A DNA stretch of 64,000 nucleotides from contig OY759974.1 in NCBI GenBank assembly GCA_963662945.1, positions 1,120,001 through 1,184,000 of the forward strand. Direction: 5' to 3'. Below are positions 39,518 through 49,944 of the stretch, one piece after another (position 1 is the first letter of the stretch; every line of letters starts with the position of its first letter). The notes beneath the pieces were generated by a model, which made no database searches, was not told the origin of the DNA, and saw nothing but the letters and a program-made list of their open reading frames with translations. A program made the translations under genes and the position numbers. The DNA is from Arcobacteraceae bacterium (GTDB taxonomy: Bacteria > Campylobacterota > Campylobacteria > Campylobacterales > Arcobacteraceae).

Positions 39518-41012
39518 TTTTTATCCACTCCTCTTGATTATGCATTATCCCTACTAATGCAGGTTTAACATTTTTTATATTCTTACTTACACTTGTAATA
39601 CTATTTGGTACAAACAAAAAAAGATAAGGTAAATCATCACTTATGTATTTATATATTTTTTTATAAATTTTACTAAATTCTTTTTTATCTATAGTAACTT
39701 CTGCCTCTTCTATTAATTTATCAACTTCACTGTTTTTATATCCAACAAAATTAAAACCACCCTTCTTATCACTTGAACTATGCCAAATTGACCTCGCATC
39801 TGGTGTTAAAGATAAATTCCATGCCAAAATAACTGCTTCAAATTTACTTGGACGTACAACTGTATTTAAAAAAGCTTGCCACTCCATCACTCGTATTTTC
39901 ATTTCAACACCAATTTGTTTTAATTGATGTTGCATAATTTGAGCTATATTTACACCTGTTGAACTACCAGTACTAGTTATAACTGTAAATGAAAAAGGAT
40001 TTTCTTTTGAGTAACCAGCTTTTTTTAAAAGCTCTTTTGCTTTTTCTTGATTTTGAATTGTTGGTTGTATATTTTCATTAAAAGCAATACTTCCTTTTAA
40101 AAATGGTCCTGTACAAATTGAAGCATGACCAAAATATAAAATATCAATCATTTGTTGTCTATCTATAGCCATACTCAGTGCTTCTCGTACCCTAATATCT
40201 TGAAATTTTTTATCTTTTAAATTTAAACCAACATATGAATACCCAAAACTTTGCTTCTCATAAATATTAAACTCGTTTTTAAATTTATCACCTATTTGTC
40301 TATCTACTTGAATTGGTGTTAAGCCACCTACATCTAACTCTTTTTGCTTTAACAAATAAAAAGAAGTTGTAGGATCAGGAACAAATTTATAAAGAATTTT
40401 CTCTATTTTCGGGACTTTTCCAAAATAATTTTTGTTCACATCCAATACTATATCTTGTGATAATTTCAACTCATTTAAAGTATAAGGCCCTGTTCCAATT
40501 GGTCTTTTATTAAATGATGCAGTCATAATATTTTCTTCATCTTTTAAAATATGGTAAGGTAATATACCCATCATCCAAATCTCCAATGCTTTAAAATAAG
40601 CTTCTTTATACTGAATTTTTAGAGTATATTTATCTAGTATTTCTACTGATTTTACTTTGGCATAGTTTGAAGTGTATGGTGAAAATATTTTTGGATTTAT
40701 TATTGTATTGTAAGTAAAAAGTACATCTTGTGATGTCAATTCTTTTCCATCATGCCATAAAACTTTTTGTTTTAATGTGACTATCAAAGTAGTTTTATTT
40801 TCAAAATGATAAGCTTCTGCTAAATCTTCAATAATATTCCCATCTTTATCATATTTAAATAATCCATTAAAAATCCAATCTGCTATTTCAGCACTTGGTG
40901 CATCCGTTGCTAATATAGGGTTTATTCTACTTGGATTTGATGAGAGACTTAAATTTAAAGTTGAAGCAAATAAAAATGTATTAATTAAAAGTATGTATAT
41001 TAGATTTTTCAT
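39510..41012 (-). CDS. ABC peptide-binding protein (family 5)
   Basis: INPIL, WHDG..LTSQDV and PIGTGPY motifs. Confidence 0.88.
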   Translation of the reverse strand: MKNLIYILLINTFLFASTLNLSLSSNPSRINPILATDAPSAEIADWIFNGLFKYDKDGNIIEDLAEAYHFENKTTLIVTLKQKVLWHDGKELTSQDVLFTYNTIINPKIFSPYTSNYAKVKSVEILDKYTLKIQYKEAYFKALEIWMMGILPYHILKDEENIMTASFNKRPIGTGPYTLNELKLSQDIVLDVNKNYFGKVPKIEKILYKFVPDPTTSFYLLKQKELDVGGLTPIQVDRQIGDKFKNEFNIYEKQSFGYSYVGLNLKDKKFQDIRVREALSMAIDRQQMIDILYFGHASICTGPFLKGSIAFNENIQPTIQNQEKAKELLKKAGYSKENPFSFTVITSTGSSTGVNIAQIMQHQLKQIGVEMKIRVMEWQAFLNTVVRPSKFEAVILAWNLSLTPDARSIWHSSSDKKGGFNFVGYKNSEVDKLIEEAEVTIDKKEFSKIYKKIYKYISDDLPYLFLFVPNSITSVSKNIKNVKPALVGIMHNQEEWIKSE

Positions 41013-41029
41013 AATGAATTGTACATAAA

Positions 41030-41060
41030 AAAAGCCAAAAAGAAAACCTTTTTGGCTTTT
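41030..41060 (-). terminator. Intrinsic terminator after rpsI
   Basis: AAAAGCCAAAAAG-N5-CTTTTTGGCTTTT. Confidence 0.7.
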
Positions 41061-41081
41061 GATAAAATGATAAAGTACCGA

Positions 41082-41471
41082 TTATCTTTTTGAGAACTGA
41101 GGACTTCTTCTCGCTTTTCTTTTCCCTGGCTTTTTTCTTTCAACAGATCTTGAATCTCTTGTAAGTAAACCATGTGGTTTAAGAATTGTTCTGAATTGCT
41201 CATCATAAGCAACTAATGCTCTTGAAATTCCGTGTCTTAAAGCATCAGCTTGTGCAGAGTAACCACCACCTAAAGTTTTTGCTACTATGTTTACTGATTC
41301 TAATTGTTTAGATACTTCTAGTGGTTGTCTAACTCTTTTTTTAAGAGCTTCATGTCCACCTAACCAAACATTTAAAGCTACACCATTTACAGTGATCTCA
41401 CCTTTTCCAACTTCTAACCAAACTTTAGCTATAGCTGTTTTTCTTCTTCCTGTTGCGTATACTTTTGCCAT
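41082..41471 (-). CDS. rpsI: 30S ribosomal protein S9
   Basis: YATGRRK...PQFSKR. Confidence 0.98.
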   Translation of the reverse strand: MAKVYATGRRKTAIAKVWLEVGKGEITVNGVALNVWLGGHEALKKRVRQPLEVSKQLESVNIVAKTLGGGYSAQADALRHGISRALVAYDEQFRTILKPHGLLTRDSRSVERKKPGKRKARRSPQFSKR

Positions 41472-41476
41472 CTATA

Positions 41477-41899
41477 TTATCCTTGTACCTGTGCTGTATG
41501 AGGGTGTTCTGCACCTTCATAAACTTTTAAGTTTTTAAGTATTTTTGCACCTAATTTTGTTTTTGGTAACATACCTCTAGTTGCTAGTCTAAATAGTTTT
41601 TCAGGGTTGTTTTCAATCATTTCAGACATTTTATGAGTTTTTGTACTACCAAAATATCCTGAGTGTGTAAAATAGTTTTTTGATTCTAGTTTTGTACCTG
41701 TAAATTTAACTTTACCAGCGTTGATAACTATAACGTTGTCTCCACAATCTACATTTGGAGTAAAAGATGGTTTATTCTTTCCTCTTAATATTGTTGCTAT
41801 TTCTGTAACTAATCTTCCAAAAACTTTATCAGTAGCATCAAGTACTACCCAGTTTTTTTGAACATCAGCTTTATTTATACTTTGTGTAAATTTTTTCAC
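41477..41899 (-). CDS. rplM: 50S ribosomal protein L13
   Basis: LRGKNKP.FTP.VDCGD, RGMLPK; GTG start. Confidence 0.98.
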   Translation of the reverse strand: MKKFTQSINKADVQKNWVVLDATDKVFGRLVTEIATILRGKNKPSFTPNVDCGDNVIVINAGKVKFTGTKLESKNYFTHSGYFGSTKTHKMSEMIENNPEKLFRLATRGMLPKTKLGAKILKNLKVYEGAEHPHTAQVQG

Positions 41900-42083
41900 G
41901 AAATATTCCTTTCTTCAAATAAGTTCGCAATAATAGGGAAACAAAACTTACAAGAAGCTTAAAATAAGGTTTTTATAAGGTTTATTTTTGAAATTCTTTT
42001 TTTAACTCTACTCTCTCTTTTAGTTACTATTGATTATAATATATTTTATACTAAAACCTATATAAAGATAAAGAGTAATTAAA

Positions 42084-43190
42084 ATGAATTATTATCAAAA
42101 AGAACTAGATGCTATTAAAAAGTCGAATCGATTTAGAAATCGTAATCTTTATAATCCATTATTAAAGGATCTGGCATCAAATGATTATCTGGGACTTGCT
42201 ACAAACAAACAAACATTTACAAAAGCATATAATAGAGTATTAAAAGAAAGATCAGTATCACCTAAAGCTTCTATTATTGTCAATGGTTACTCAGAGATTC
42301 ATAAAAAATTTGAAAAAAAACTTTGTAAAATAAATAGTTTTGAAGACGGTATTGTTGTAGGAAGTGGTTTTTTAGCAAATATCTCTTTAATAGAAAGTTT
42401 AGCTCGAAAAAAAGATATTATCTTTATAGATGAAGAATATCATGCAAGTGGGATTCTTGCATCGAAACTTACTCAAGGAGAAGTTGTATTTTTTAAACAC
42501 AATAATTTTAAAGATTTAGAAGAAAAAATACAATTATGCGAAAAGTACAATAGAATTCTCATCGCAATTGAAGGTGTCTATTCTATGGGAGGGGATATAG
42601 CCCCAAAAGAATTTTATGAAATTGCAAATAAATATAATGCAATTTTAATAGTTGATGAAGCTCATAGTTCAGGTGTTATTGGAGAAAACTTACTTGGTTG
42701 GTTTGATTATCATAACATTAAACCTAAAAGTAACCATATCAAAATGGGAACATTAGGGAAAGCTTATGGTAGCTATGGAGCTTATATTTTAGCTTCTAAA
42801 GAGATTGTTTCATTTTTAGAAAATAGAGCTAAACCTATTATATATAGTACTGCTCCATCACTTTTTGATATAGCATTAGGTTATGAAAACTTCAAATATA
42901 TTCTTAAAAATAAGCAAGATATAGTTGAAAAGATTTTAGAGTATCAAAAAATCGTAAAAGATACTTTAGGTATAACTACAAATTCTATGATCGTTCCTAT
43001 TATTATTGATGATAATAAAAGAGTAATAGAGATACAAAATAAACTTTTAGAATCTGGATATGTAGTAGGTGCCATACGGCAACCAACTGTAAAAAAAGCT
43101 ATCATACGACTTATAATCAAGCTAGATATTACAAAAAAAGATTTACAAAGAGTATGTTCTCTTATCAAAAATTTCTCAAATAGAAGCTAG
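42084..43190 (+). CDS. bioF: 8-amino-7-oxononanoate synthase-like class II PLP enzyme
   Basis: ASNDYLGL, VDEAHS, GTLGKAYG. Confidence 0.85.
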   Translation: MNYYQKELDAIKKSNRFRNRNLYNPLLKDLASNDYLGLATNKQTFTKAYNRVLKERSVSPKASIIVNGYSEIHKKFEKKLCKINSFEDGIVVGSGFLANISLIESLARKKDIIFIDEEYHASGILASKLTQGEVVFFKHNNFKDLEEKIQLCEKYNRILIAIEGVYSMGGDIAPKEFYEIANKYNAILIVDEAHSSGVIGENLLGWFDYHNIKPKSNHIKMGTLGKAYGSYGAYILASKEIVSFLENRAKPIIYSTAPSLFDIALGYENFKYILKNKQDIVEKILEYQKIVKDTLGITTNSMIVPIIIDDNKRVIEIQNKLLESGYVVGAIRQPTVKKAIIRLIIKLDITKKDLQRVCSLIKNFSNRS

Positions 43191-43219
43191 TATATTACTA
43201 ACTTCCATATTATCTTAAC

Positions 43220-43720
43220 TTAGTATACTGTTATAGTTTTTTTAATATTCAGATACTCAATTGGTTCTTTTGTTTGTTTACAGTATTTTACACCATCAAC
43301 ATACGCACAATTATTGTACCCAATAGTTTTTTGTACTGTTCTATACTCATATTTTGGCTCACATCTTGTAACTGTTTCATATGATTTACACATCTTTCCT
43401 GCTCTCATATTATTAGCTGTATATGCTCCACCAAGACCACCAACAACTTTTGCTACATCTCTACCACTTCCACCACCAATTTGATTTCCAATCGCAACAC
43501 CAATTACTGCTCCAACTAAAGTATCTACCCCAATTGAATTTGTATCAGTACTTCCACATCTTACATTTACCTCAACAGTATCTTCATAACACTGCTCACC
43601 TACTTTTACTTTTTCTGTAAATGGTTTTGTTATCACTGTAGATTCTGTTACTTTTACCATCTCTGCATTTGCAAAAGATGTTATTAAACCAGCTATTAAA
43701 ACATATTTTAAACTTTTCAT
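43220..43720 (-). CDS. Secreted glycine-zipper 2TM protein (YcfJ-like)
   Basis: Signal peptide, GAVIGVAIGNQIGGGSG. Confidence 0.8.
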   Translation of the reverse strand: MKSLKYVLIAGLITSFANAEMVKVTESTVITKPFTEKVKVGEQCYEDTVEVNVRCGSTDTNSIGVDTLVGAVIGVAIGNQIGGGSGRDVAKVVGGLGGAYTANNMRAGKMCKSYETVTRCEPKYEYRTVQKTIGYNNCAYVDGVKYCKQTKEPIEYLNIKKTITVY

Positions 43721-43767
43721 TCTATTTCTCCATATTGTATATATATCGTGATTGTATCATTAATTAT

Positions 43768-44526
43768 TTATATTAAAAATAAAATACTCATAATAGTATC
43801 TATTCCTAATTCTTCTGGTTCTGCATGTAATAATATCAAAGTATGTTCAAAATATAACAACATTTTGGAGGTAATAACCTCAAAACTATTATTTGATGGA
43901 TCTAAAACTGATTCTTGCTTTGATTTTATATATTGTAAATCAGATAATCTAATAGTATCTATATTTTGCGAATTAAGTTTTTTTTCTAGTTCAATTTGCC
44001 AATTATTTTGCCATGTTAAAAAAAGATAGTTATTTTTACTATCTTTATTAAACTTAATTCTCCACTGTATAATTTGTAGATTTTTATACGCTTTTTGAAG
44101 TTTATCAACATCATAACTTAAAGCTGTCATCTTATACTTTGAATCCATATCATATGCTTCATAAAACATCTTATACATCCCAATAGCTAAGTAATCATTT
44201 CTATAATTGACTTGACTATTTTTATCAAAAGCATAGTTGAGATAATCTTGATAATGTTTTAATGGTATACTATTATTAATATATAAATTTATCTCATCTA
44301 TATTTTCACGAATATTCTTTTGGAGTAGATAATTAAGTTGATTGCTAAATCCTTTAGGATTTCTTTTATCTAATTTTGATTTATATTCTAAAAGTAACTC
44401 TACCATCTCTTTATAGTTATTTTTAATATGCTTTGCATTCTCTGTTTGAATGGTATTTTTAATTTTATCTTGAACATTATTACAACCTGTAAATATTAAC
44501 AATATCAATATTAACAGGTATTTCAT
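43768..44526 (-). CDS. Hypothetical lipoprotein
   Basis: Lipobox FTGC. Confidence 0.7.
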   Translation of the reverse strand: MKYLLILILLIFTGCNNVQDKIKNTIQTENAKHIKNNYKEMVELLLEYKSKLDKRNPKGFSNQLNYLLQKNIRENIDEINLYINNSIPLKHYQDYLNYAFDKNSQVNYRNDYLAIGMYKMFYEAYDMDSKYKMTALSYDVDKLQKAYKNLQIIQWRIKFNKDSKNNYLFLTWQNNWQIELEKKLNSQNIDTIRLSDLQYIKSKQESVLDPSNNSFEVITSKMLLYFEHTLILLHAEPEELGIDTIMSILFLI

Positions 44527-44534
44527 AAATTGTA

Positions 44535-45827
44535 TTATCCTAATTCAATATCATTTTCAAAATCTGTTTCAACTCTTAACATTGTCATATAAGGTAATCT
44601 TCCTGGCAACTTTATAGGATTTGTATTACCACTATGTACAGATTCTAATTCTTTGTCATTTTGCGTAATAATTTTTTTGAAACTAATATAATATTTGCCA
44701 TCTTCTTTTTTATAAATAGAACCTATTTCATTATCTACTTCAGTTATCGTAGAATTTAATGGTGCAAATATTTCTGTCTCTTCATTTGGATATGTTTTAT
44801 ATTTACATAAAAAATGTTCTTCATCTTCTAAAACTAAACCACTTACTTCATAACTTCCCGCACTTAGAGCATAATCATGATTTTGTGTATCATTTTTTTC
44901 AAATGGCTTATGGATAAGATAAGCATCTGTAAAGCCTCTATTTTTGGTGGTATTTAACTCATCTTGATACTTTTGTGCTTCAAATTTACCATTGTAACAA
45001 TCCTTTAATGCCATTCTATAAGCATAAGCTGTTACAGCACAATAATATGGTGACTTTGTTCGACCTTCAATTTTTATACTATCCACTGCACCACTATCAA
45101 CAATCTCTTTTACATGACTTGCTAGATTCATATCTTTTGCATTAAAAATATATGTCCCAATTTCTGGTTGTTCTTCAAGTCGGAAAAGTGTCCCATGATC
45201 ATCATTTCCAGCGTATAATGTATACTCAAATCTGCAATCATTTGCACAGCTACCACGATTTGGAACTCGTCCCATTTGAACAGCACTTACTAAACAACGT
45301 CCAGAATATGCAAAACACATACTTCCATGAACAAAAACTTCAATCTCTAAATCTGGAAGCATTTTTTTTATCTCTTGTACATCTTTTAAGCTTATCTCAC
45401 GTGCAGCTATAATTCTTCTAACACCCATATCGTAGTACACTTTTGCATCAAGATAATTCATAACATTTGCTTGTGTAGAAAGATGAATTGGAATATTTGG
45501 TGCTAATTCATGACAAAGTTGTACAACCCCAGGAGTTGCAACAATAAGTGCATCTGGATTCAATGCTGCTATATTTTTAATATGAGACTTTAAAAGATCT
45601 ATTTGAGAATTAAATGGGAAACCATTTATTGTAACATAAACTTTTTTTCCTAAAGAATGAGCATAATCAATCCCTTCTTTAAAAGTTTCCATTGTAAATT
45701 CTTTTCCACTTCGTATTCGCAAACTAAAATGGCTAACTCCACCATAAACTGCATCAGCCCCATAAGCGAATGCTATTTTTAATTTTTCTAAATTACCTGC
45801 TGGAGATAATAATTCTACTTTTTTCAT
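44535..45827 (-). CDS. Peptidase U32 family (TrhP-like tRNA hydroxylation protein)
   Basis: ELLSPAG, HGSMCFAYSGRC, GSCANDCR, KIEGR. Confidence 0.9.
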   Translation of the reverse strand: MKKVELLSPAGNLEKLKIAFAYGADAVYGGVSHFSLRIRSGKEFTMETFKEGIDYAHSLGKKVYVTINGFPFNSQIDLLKSHIKNIAALNPDALIVATPGVVQLCHELAPNIPIHLSTQANVMNYLDAKVYYDMGVRRIIAAREISLKDVQEIKKMLPDLEIEVFVHGSMCFAYSGRCLVSAVQMGRVPNRGSCANDCRFEYTLYAGNDDHGTLFRLEEQPEIGTYIFNAKDMNLASHVKEIVDSGAVDSIKIEGRTKSPYYCAVTAYAYRMALKDCYNGKFEAQKYQDELNTTKNRGFTDAYLIHKPFEKNDTQNHDYALSAGSYEVSGLVLEDEEHFLCKYKTYPNEETEIFAPLNSTITEVDNEIGSIYKKEDGKYYISFKKIITQNDKELESVHSGNTNPIKLPGRLPYMTMLRVETDFENDIELG

Positions 45828-45839
45828 ATATTTCTAATC

Positions 45840-46826
45840 CTATTTTAATAAAAATCTTTCTAAATTTTGCGTAATATTTGCATCCATTGGTTTGATTATA
45901 TCATTCTTCTCAAGCATAAACTGAGGTAATGGCAAATCTTTATTTACAATTCTCACACATCGTACACGTCCATCTTTAAATTCTTGAATTGACTTCTCAA
46001 TCTCACCATCTTCTGTTTTTAATACTTTTGCATATTGCCAAATATTATTTTTACCTGACTCTGTATCACTTGACCAATACAATACACCGCCAAAACCATT
46101 ATAAATCTCATCTTTATGATTTTTATATAGATTTTCAAGTTGAGCTATTGTTGGTAAGTGCCAATCCTCAAATTCACCAATCCTCAAATTTTTACAATAT
46201 TTTTGTGCTTTTTCCCAATCTATAGGAGTATTTGTAGCATCTTTTGAGTCTTCCCACATTTCATTACCGACAGTTTGTGTATACAATCTTATATCTAGTG
46301 GAATCATTATGAGTTTATATTGAAATTCATTAAAACTATTTGCATAAATATCTTTAAAAAATACACTTTCTTTATATCCATTACGAATCTTAAATTTCAT
46401 ATTTGTATCAGCATCTACTTCAAATACTCTATTTCTAGCATGAAGTGTTTTTTCAAACTTATCATTTATATATAAGTCACCATCTTCACCAACTAAAAAA
46501 ACTTTTGCTTGTGCCCTTTCAAATTTTATATATACTGTTGGGATTGTGGTTACTTTTATATTGATTGTTTTAGCTATATCATCTTTAAAAAAATTTTTAT
46601 TTGCAAAAGCATAAAGATAATAATCCTGATTGGGAACTACTTGATATTCACGAATAGGAGTTTTCCCAATATAGTCACCATTGATATAAACTTCTGTACC
46701 TACTACATTAGCAATTATATTTACATATGCAGGCTTTTGAGGGACTGTTGGTTTTGTTGTATTTGTATCTGCCCCAAATAAAAAACTACAACTTATCAAA
46801 AAAAATATTACAAATTTACCATACAT
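45840..46826 (-). CDS. PEGA + DUF1566 (Lcl C-terminal) domain exported protein
   Basis: VYINGDYIGKTP (PEGA); W..A..YC..L......DWHLPT, YWSS, VRCVR. Confidence 0.8.
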   Translation of the reverse strand: MYGKFVIFFLISCSFLFGADTNTTKPTVPQKPAYVNIIANVVGTEVYINGDYIGKTPIREYQVVPNQDYYLYAFANKNFFKDDIAKTINIKVTTIPTVYIKFERAQAKVFLVGEDGDLYINDKFEKTLHARNRVFEVDADTNMKFKIRNGYKESVFFKDIYANSFNEFQYKLIMIPLDIRLYTQTVGNEMWEDSKDATNTPIDWEKAQKYCKNLRIGEFEDWHLPTIAQLENLYKNHKDEIYNGFGGVLYWSSDTESGKNNIWQYAKVLKTEDGEIEKSIQEFKDGRVRCVRIVNKDLPLPQFMLEKNDIIKPMDANITQNLERFLLK

Positions 46827-46845
46827 ATTTTATCCCTTTTTTTTT

Positions 46846-47613
46846 CTATACAAACCATATTAATAGTATTGTACCAAAAATTATCCTATAGATACCAAAT
46901 GCCACAAAAGTAAAATTTTCTAAAAACTTTAAAAAAAGTTTTATTGTAAGGTATGCTACTATAAATGCTGTAATAAAACCAACACCCAATACTATCAAAT
47001 TTGCATCACTGAAATCTTTATAATGTTTTAACAAATCATACCCAGTTGTAGCACACATAACAGGAAAAGCCAAAAGAAAACTAAATTCTGCTGATGCACG
47101 TCTATTGAGTCCTACAAGCATTGCCCCTATTATCGTACTTCCTGCCCTACTTGTTCCAGGTATTAAAGCAAAAATCTGAGCAATACCTATCCACAAAGCT
47201 TGTTTATAACTTACTTTTTCAACATCATCCACATAATGTTCTTTTTCGGTATAAAACTTTTCCACAATTAAAAATACAATTCCACCCACTATAAACATTA
47301 TAGCAACTATTTTGATATCAAACATCGCTTTAATTTGGTGTGAAAAAATAAAACCAACTGCACCAATAGGAATAAATGCTAGCGTAAGTTTTTTCCAAAG
47401 TTCCAGTTTTTTAATACTAAATTTATCACTGTAATTTAATATAACAGCTAAAATAGCTGCAAACTGAATAATTACTTCATAAGCTTTTGTAACATGTGTT
47501 TGATCAATCCCTAAAGCTTCACTTGCAACTATTAAATGTCCTGTTGAACTAATAGGTAAAAATTCTGTAAAACCTTCAATAATTCCTAATATAATCGATT
47601 CAAAAATTCCCAA
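46846..47613 (-). CDS. uppP: Undecaprenyl-diphosphate phosphatase
   Basis: [21 protein letters not shown]. Confidence 0.95.
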   Translation of the reverse strand: MGIFESIILGIIEGFTEFLPISSTGHLIVASEALGIDQTHVTKAYEVIIQFAAILAVILNYSDKFSIKKLELWKKLTLAFIPIGAVGFIFSHQIKAMFDIKIVAIMFIVGGIVFLIVEKFYTEKEHYVDDVEKVSYKQALWIGIAQIFALIPGTSRAGSTIIGAMLVGLNRRASAEFSFLLAFPVMCATTGYDLLKHYKDFSDANLIVLGVGFITAFIVAYLTIKLFLKFLENFTFVAFGIYRIIFGTILLIWFV

Positions 47614-47614
47614 T

Positions 47615-48265
47615 TTATATACCTTTTGATAATCTTAAGAATAATTTCAAACTCTTTTTCTCTTTTTGACCTATAGAATAATTTATCTTTGTGAGATAAT
47701 TAAGTATCTGTTTTTTTGAGATACCACTTCTTTTTGAATATCTTTCTAAAATATATTGAGGTATATAGACTTTTGTTTTTAAAAAATCATTTGTCATATT
47801 TTTGAGATATTTTTCATGCTTATTCACACAAAGTCTTGCAAATACAAAAGGAAGATTATATTTTTTTTTCCATTGTGTAGCTAAATCAATAAACTGTTCA
47901 TTACTATTATGAAATTTATATAAAGCTTTATCTCCAATAACAACTTCCCCTTCTATTTTAAGTACTTTAGCTAGGGCATTTGAAGTATCCGACTGAAAAT
48001 CTTTTTTATAACTTCCTGGTATTACTAAAACTGAATCAACAATTCCATTAGCAACTATCCCTAAATCTAGACATTTTTTACATCTTCGTGAAGCTATAGA
48101 ACTTATAACTGCTGCATCCACTTTTCGTTTTTTAAATTTTTTATTGATTGAAGAGGGATAGGATTTATTATATTCAATTATTTGTTTTAATTGTGAAGAT
48201 AAGTTTTTTTTGAAAAATACGTGTAATGGTAAAAGATTAATAAAATCGATTTTTGCAAATATCAT
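47615..48265 (-). CDS. mqnA: MqnA-like chorismate dehydratase (futalosine pathway)
   Basis: [20 protein letters not shown]......LPFVFA. Confidence 0.8.
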   Translation of the reverse strand: MIFAKIDFINLLPLHVFFKKNLSSQLKQIIEYNKSYPSSINKKFKKRKVDAAVISSIASRRCKKCLDLGIVANGIVDSVLVIPGSYKKDFQSDTSNALAKVLKIEGEVVIGDKALYKFHNSNEQFIDLATQWKKKYNLPFVFARLCVNKHEKYLKNMTNDFLKTKVYIPQYILERYSKRSGISKKQILNYLTKINYSIGQKEKKSLKLFLRLSKGI

Positions 48266-48344
48266 AGCTAAATAAAATCCTTATTTTTAATAGGATATAA
48301 TATCTAACTTATGGTAAGAATATAATTATTTTAGAGGATGGATT

Positions 48345-48566
48345 ATGGTAACAATAGAATTTTTAGGACCAATAAATAAAAAACCAATACAAGTTGATAT
48401 ACAAAACCTCAATGAACTTAGTGAAATTTTAAAACAAGATGAGAGTCTAAAAAGTTGGTTAAACAATAGTGCTGTTGCCGTAAATGATACACTTGTAAAA
48501 GATAAAAATCATACTCTAAAAGATGGAGATAAAGTATCTTTACTGCCTCCTGTGTGTGGAGGATGA
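48345..48566 (+). CDS. moaD: Molybdopterin synthase sulfur carrier
   Basis: Ubiquitin-like fold, C-terminal PPVCGG. Confidence 0.9.
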   Translation: MVTIEFLGPINKKPIQVDIQNLNELSEILKQDESLKSWLNNSAVAVNDTLVKDKNHTLKDGDKVSLLPPVCGG

Positions 48567-48567
48567 G

Positions 48568-49011
48568 ATGGAATATCTAGAACTTTATGATGGTAGTTTA
48601 GAAGTAGAAAAGATTACAAATAAATGGTATAACGATTTTAGACTTTCAAATTTTGGTGCTATTATCACTTTTGTTGGAGTAGTTCGAGATGAAGATGGAA
48701 TTGAGGGATTAAGTTTTGATATTTATGAACCAATTTTAAATTCATGGTTTGAATCATGGCAACAAAAAGCAAAAGAAAAAAATGCGATAGTACTTATGGC
48801 ACACTCAAGAGGCGATGTTCTTAATCACACAAGCTCTTATATAGCTGCTGTTTGTAGTCCTAAAAGAAGAGTTGCTTTAGAACTTATAGATGAATTTGTA
48901 GAAGATTTTAAGGCGAGTGCTCCTATTTGGAAATATGATATTATCCAAGGGAAAAGAGTTTATGCCGAAAATAGAAGTACAGCAATTGCTGGTGCTGGAT
49001 TGTTAAGTTAA
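48568..49011 (+). CDS. moaE: Molybdopterin synthase catalytic subunit
   Basis: GAIITFVGVVR, KASAPIWK; start moved to ATG 48568. Confidence 0.9.
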   Translation: MEYLELYDGSLEVEKITNKWYNDFRLSNFGAIITFVGVVRDEDGIEGLSFDIYEPILNSWFESWQQKAKEKNAIVLMAHSRGDVLNHTSSYIAAVCSPKRRVALELIDEFVEDFKASAPIWKYDIIQGKRVYAENRSTAIAGAGLLS

Positions 49012-49017
49012 GGAACA

Positions 49018-49806
49018 ATGATGAGAGTTGATTTACATAATCATACAACTCTATGTAACCATGCAAAAGGTTCAATGGAAGAATATATTCAAAAAGCAAT
49101 TGAACTTGGCATTGATATATATGGTTTTAGTGAACATGCACCCATGAAAAACTTTGAAGATGGTTATAGACTTGTTATAGAAAAAAAAGAATTTTATGAA
49201 AAAAGTGTATTAGAACTTCAAAAAAAATATCAAGATAAAATCAAAATAACTTTAGGATATGAAGTTGATTATATGAATGGAGATTATATTCTTGATGAAA
49301 TCAAAAATGCCAATGTTGATTATCTTATTGGAAGTGTACATTATTTAGATAAATGGGGATTTGACAACCCTGAATTCATAGGTGTCTATAAAAATAAAAA
49401 TATAGATAAAATCTGGGAAGAATATTTTGAAGCAGTAGAAGCTATGGCAAAAACAAATTATTTTAATATTGTGGGACATCTTGATTTAATAAAAGTATTT
49501 AACTTTTTACCTACAAAAGATATTAAATCAATAGCACATAAAAGTTTACAACAAATAAAAAAATCAGGAATGGTTATTGAACTTAATAGTGCAGGTTATA
49601 GAAAACCAATAGGTGAACAATACCCATCTCGTGAGCTTCTTGAATTAGCTTATGAACTTAATATACCAATTACATTTAGTAGTGACGCTCATAGTATTGA
49701 ACAAATTGGTTTTAAATATAACGATGCAAAACAACTTGCAAATGAAGTTGGTTATACTACTTGTATCTATTTTGAAAAAAAAGAAAAAATAGAAATAAAA
49801 TTTTAA
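49018..49806 (+). CDS. PHP-family histidinol-phosphatase (HisJ/HisK)
   Basis: DLHNHT..CNHA, SEH, GSVH, GHLD, SDAH. Confidence 0.88.
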   Translation: MMRVDLHNHTTLCNHAKGSMEEYIQKAIELGIDIYGFSEHAPMKNFEDGYRLVIEKKEFYEKSVLELQKKYQDKIKITLGYEVDYMNGDYILDEIKNANVDYLIGSVHYLDKWGFDNPEFIGVYKNKNIDKIWEEYFEAVEAMAKTNYFNIVGHLDLIKVFNFLPTKDIKSIAHKSLQQIKKSGMVIELNSAGYRKPIGEQYPSRELLELAYELNIPITFSSDAHSIEQIGFKYNDAKQLANEVGYTTCIYFEKKEKIEIKF

Positions 49807-49944
49807 ACTTAAAATAAACTAAATTTTTACTATATAAAAATATACATTTTCCTTTAAACAAAGGGTTTTGTGTATTTATAGTTAAGCAATATCAAAGTTT
49901 TAATCCACTATAATCCCAAACTTTAAAAAATTAGGAGTAGGATA

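Noticed and set aside
41009-41212. 67-aa ORF overlapping rpsI
   Set aside because: Alternate frame that runs through the rpsI terminator.
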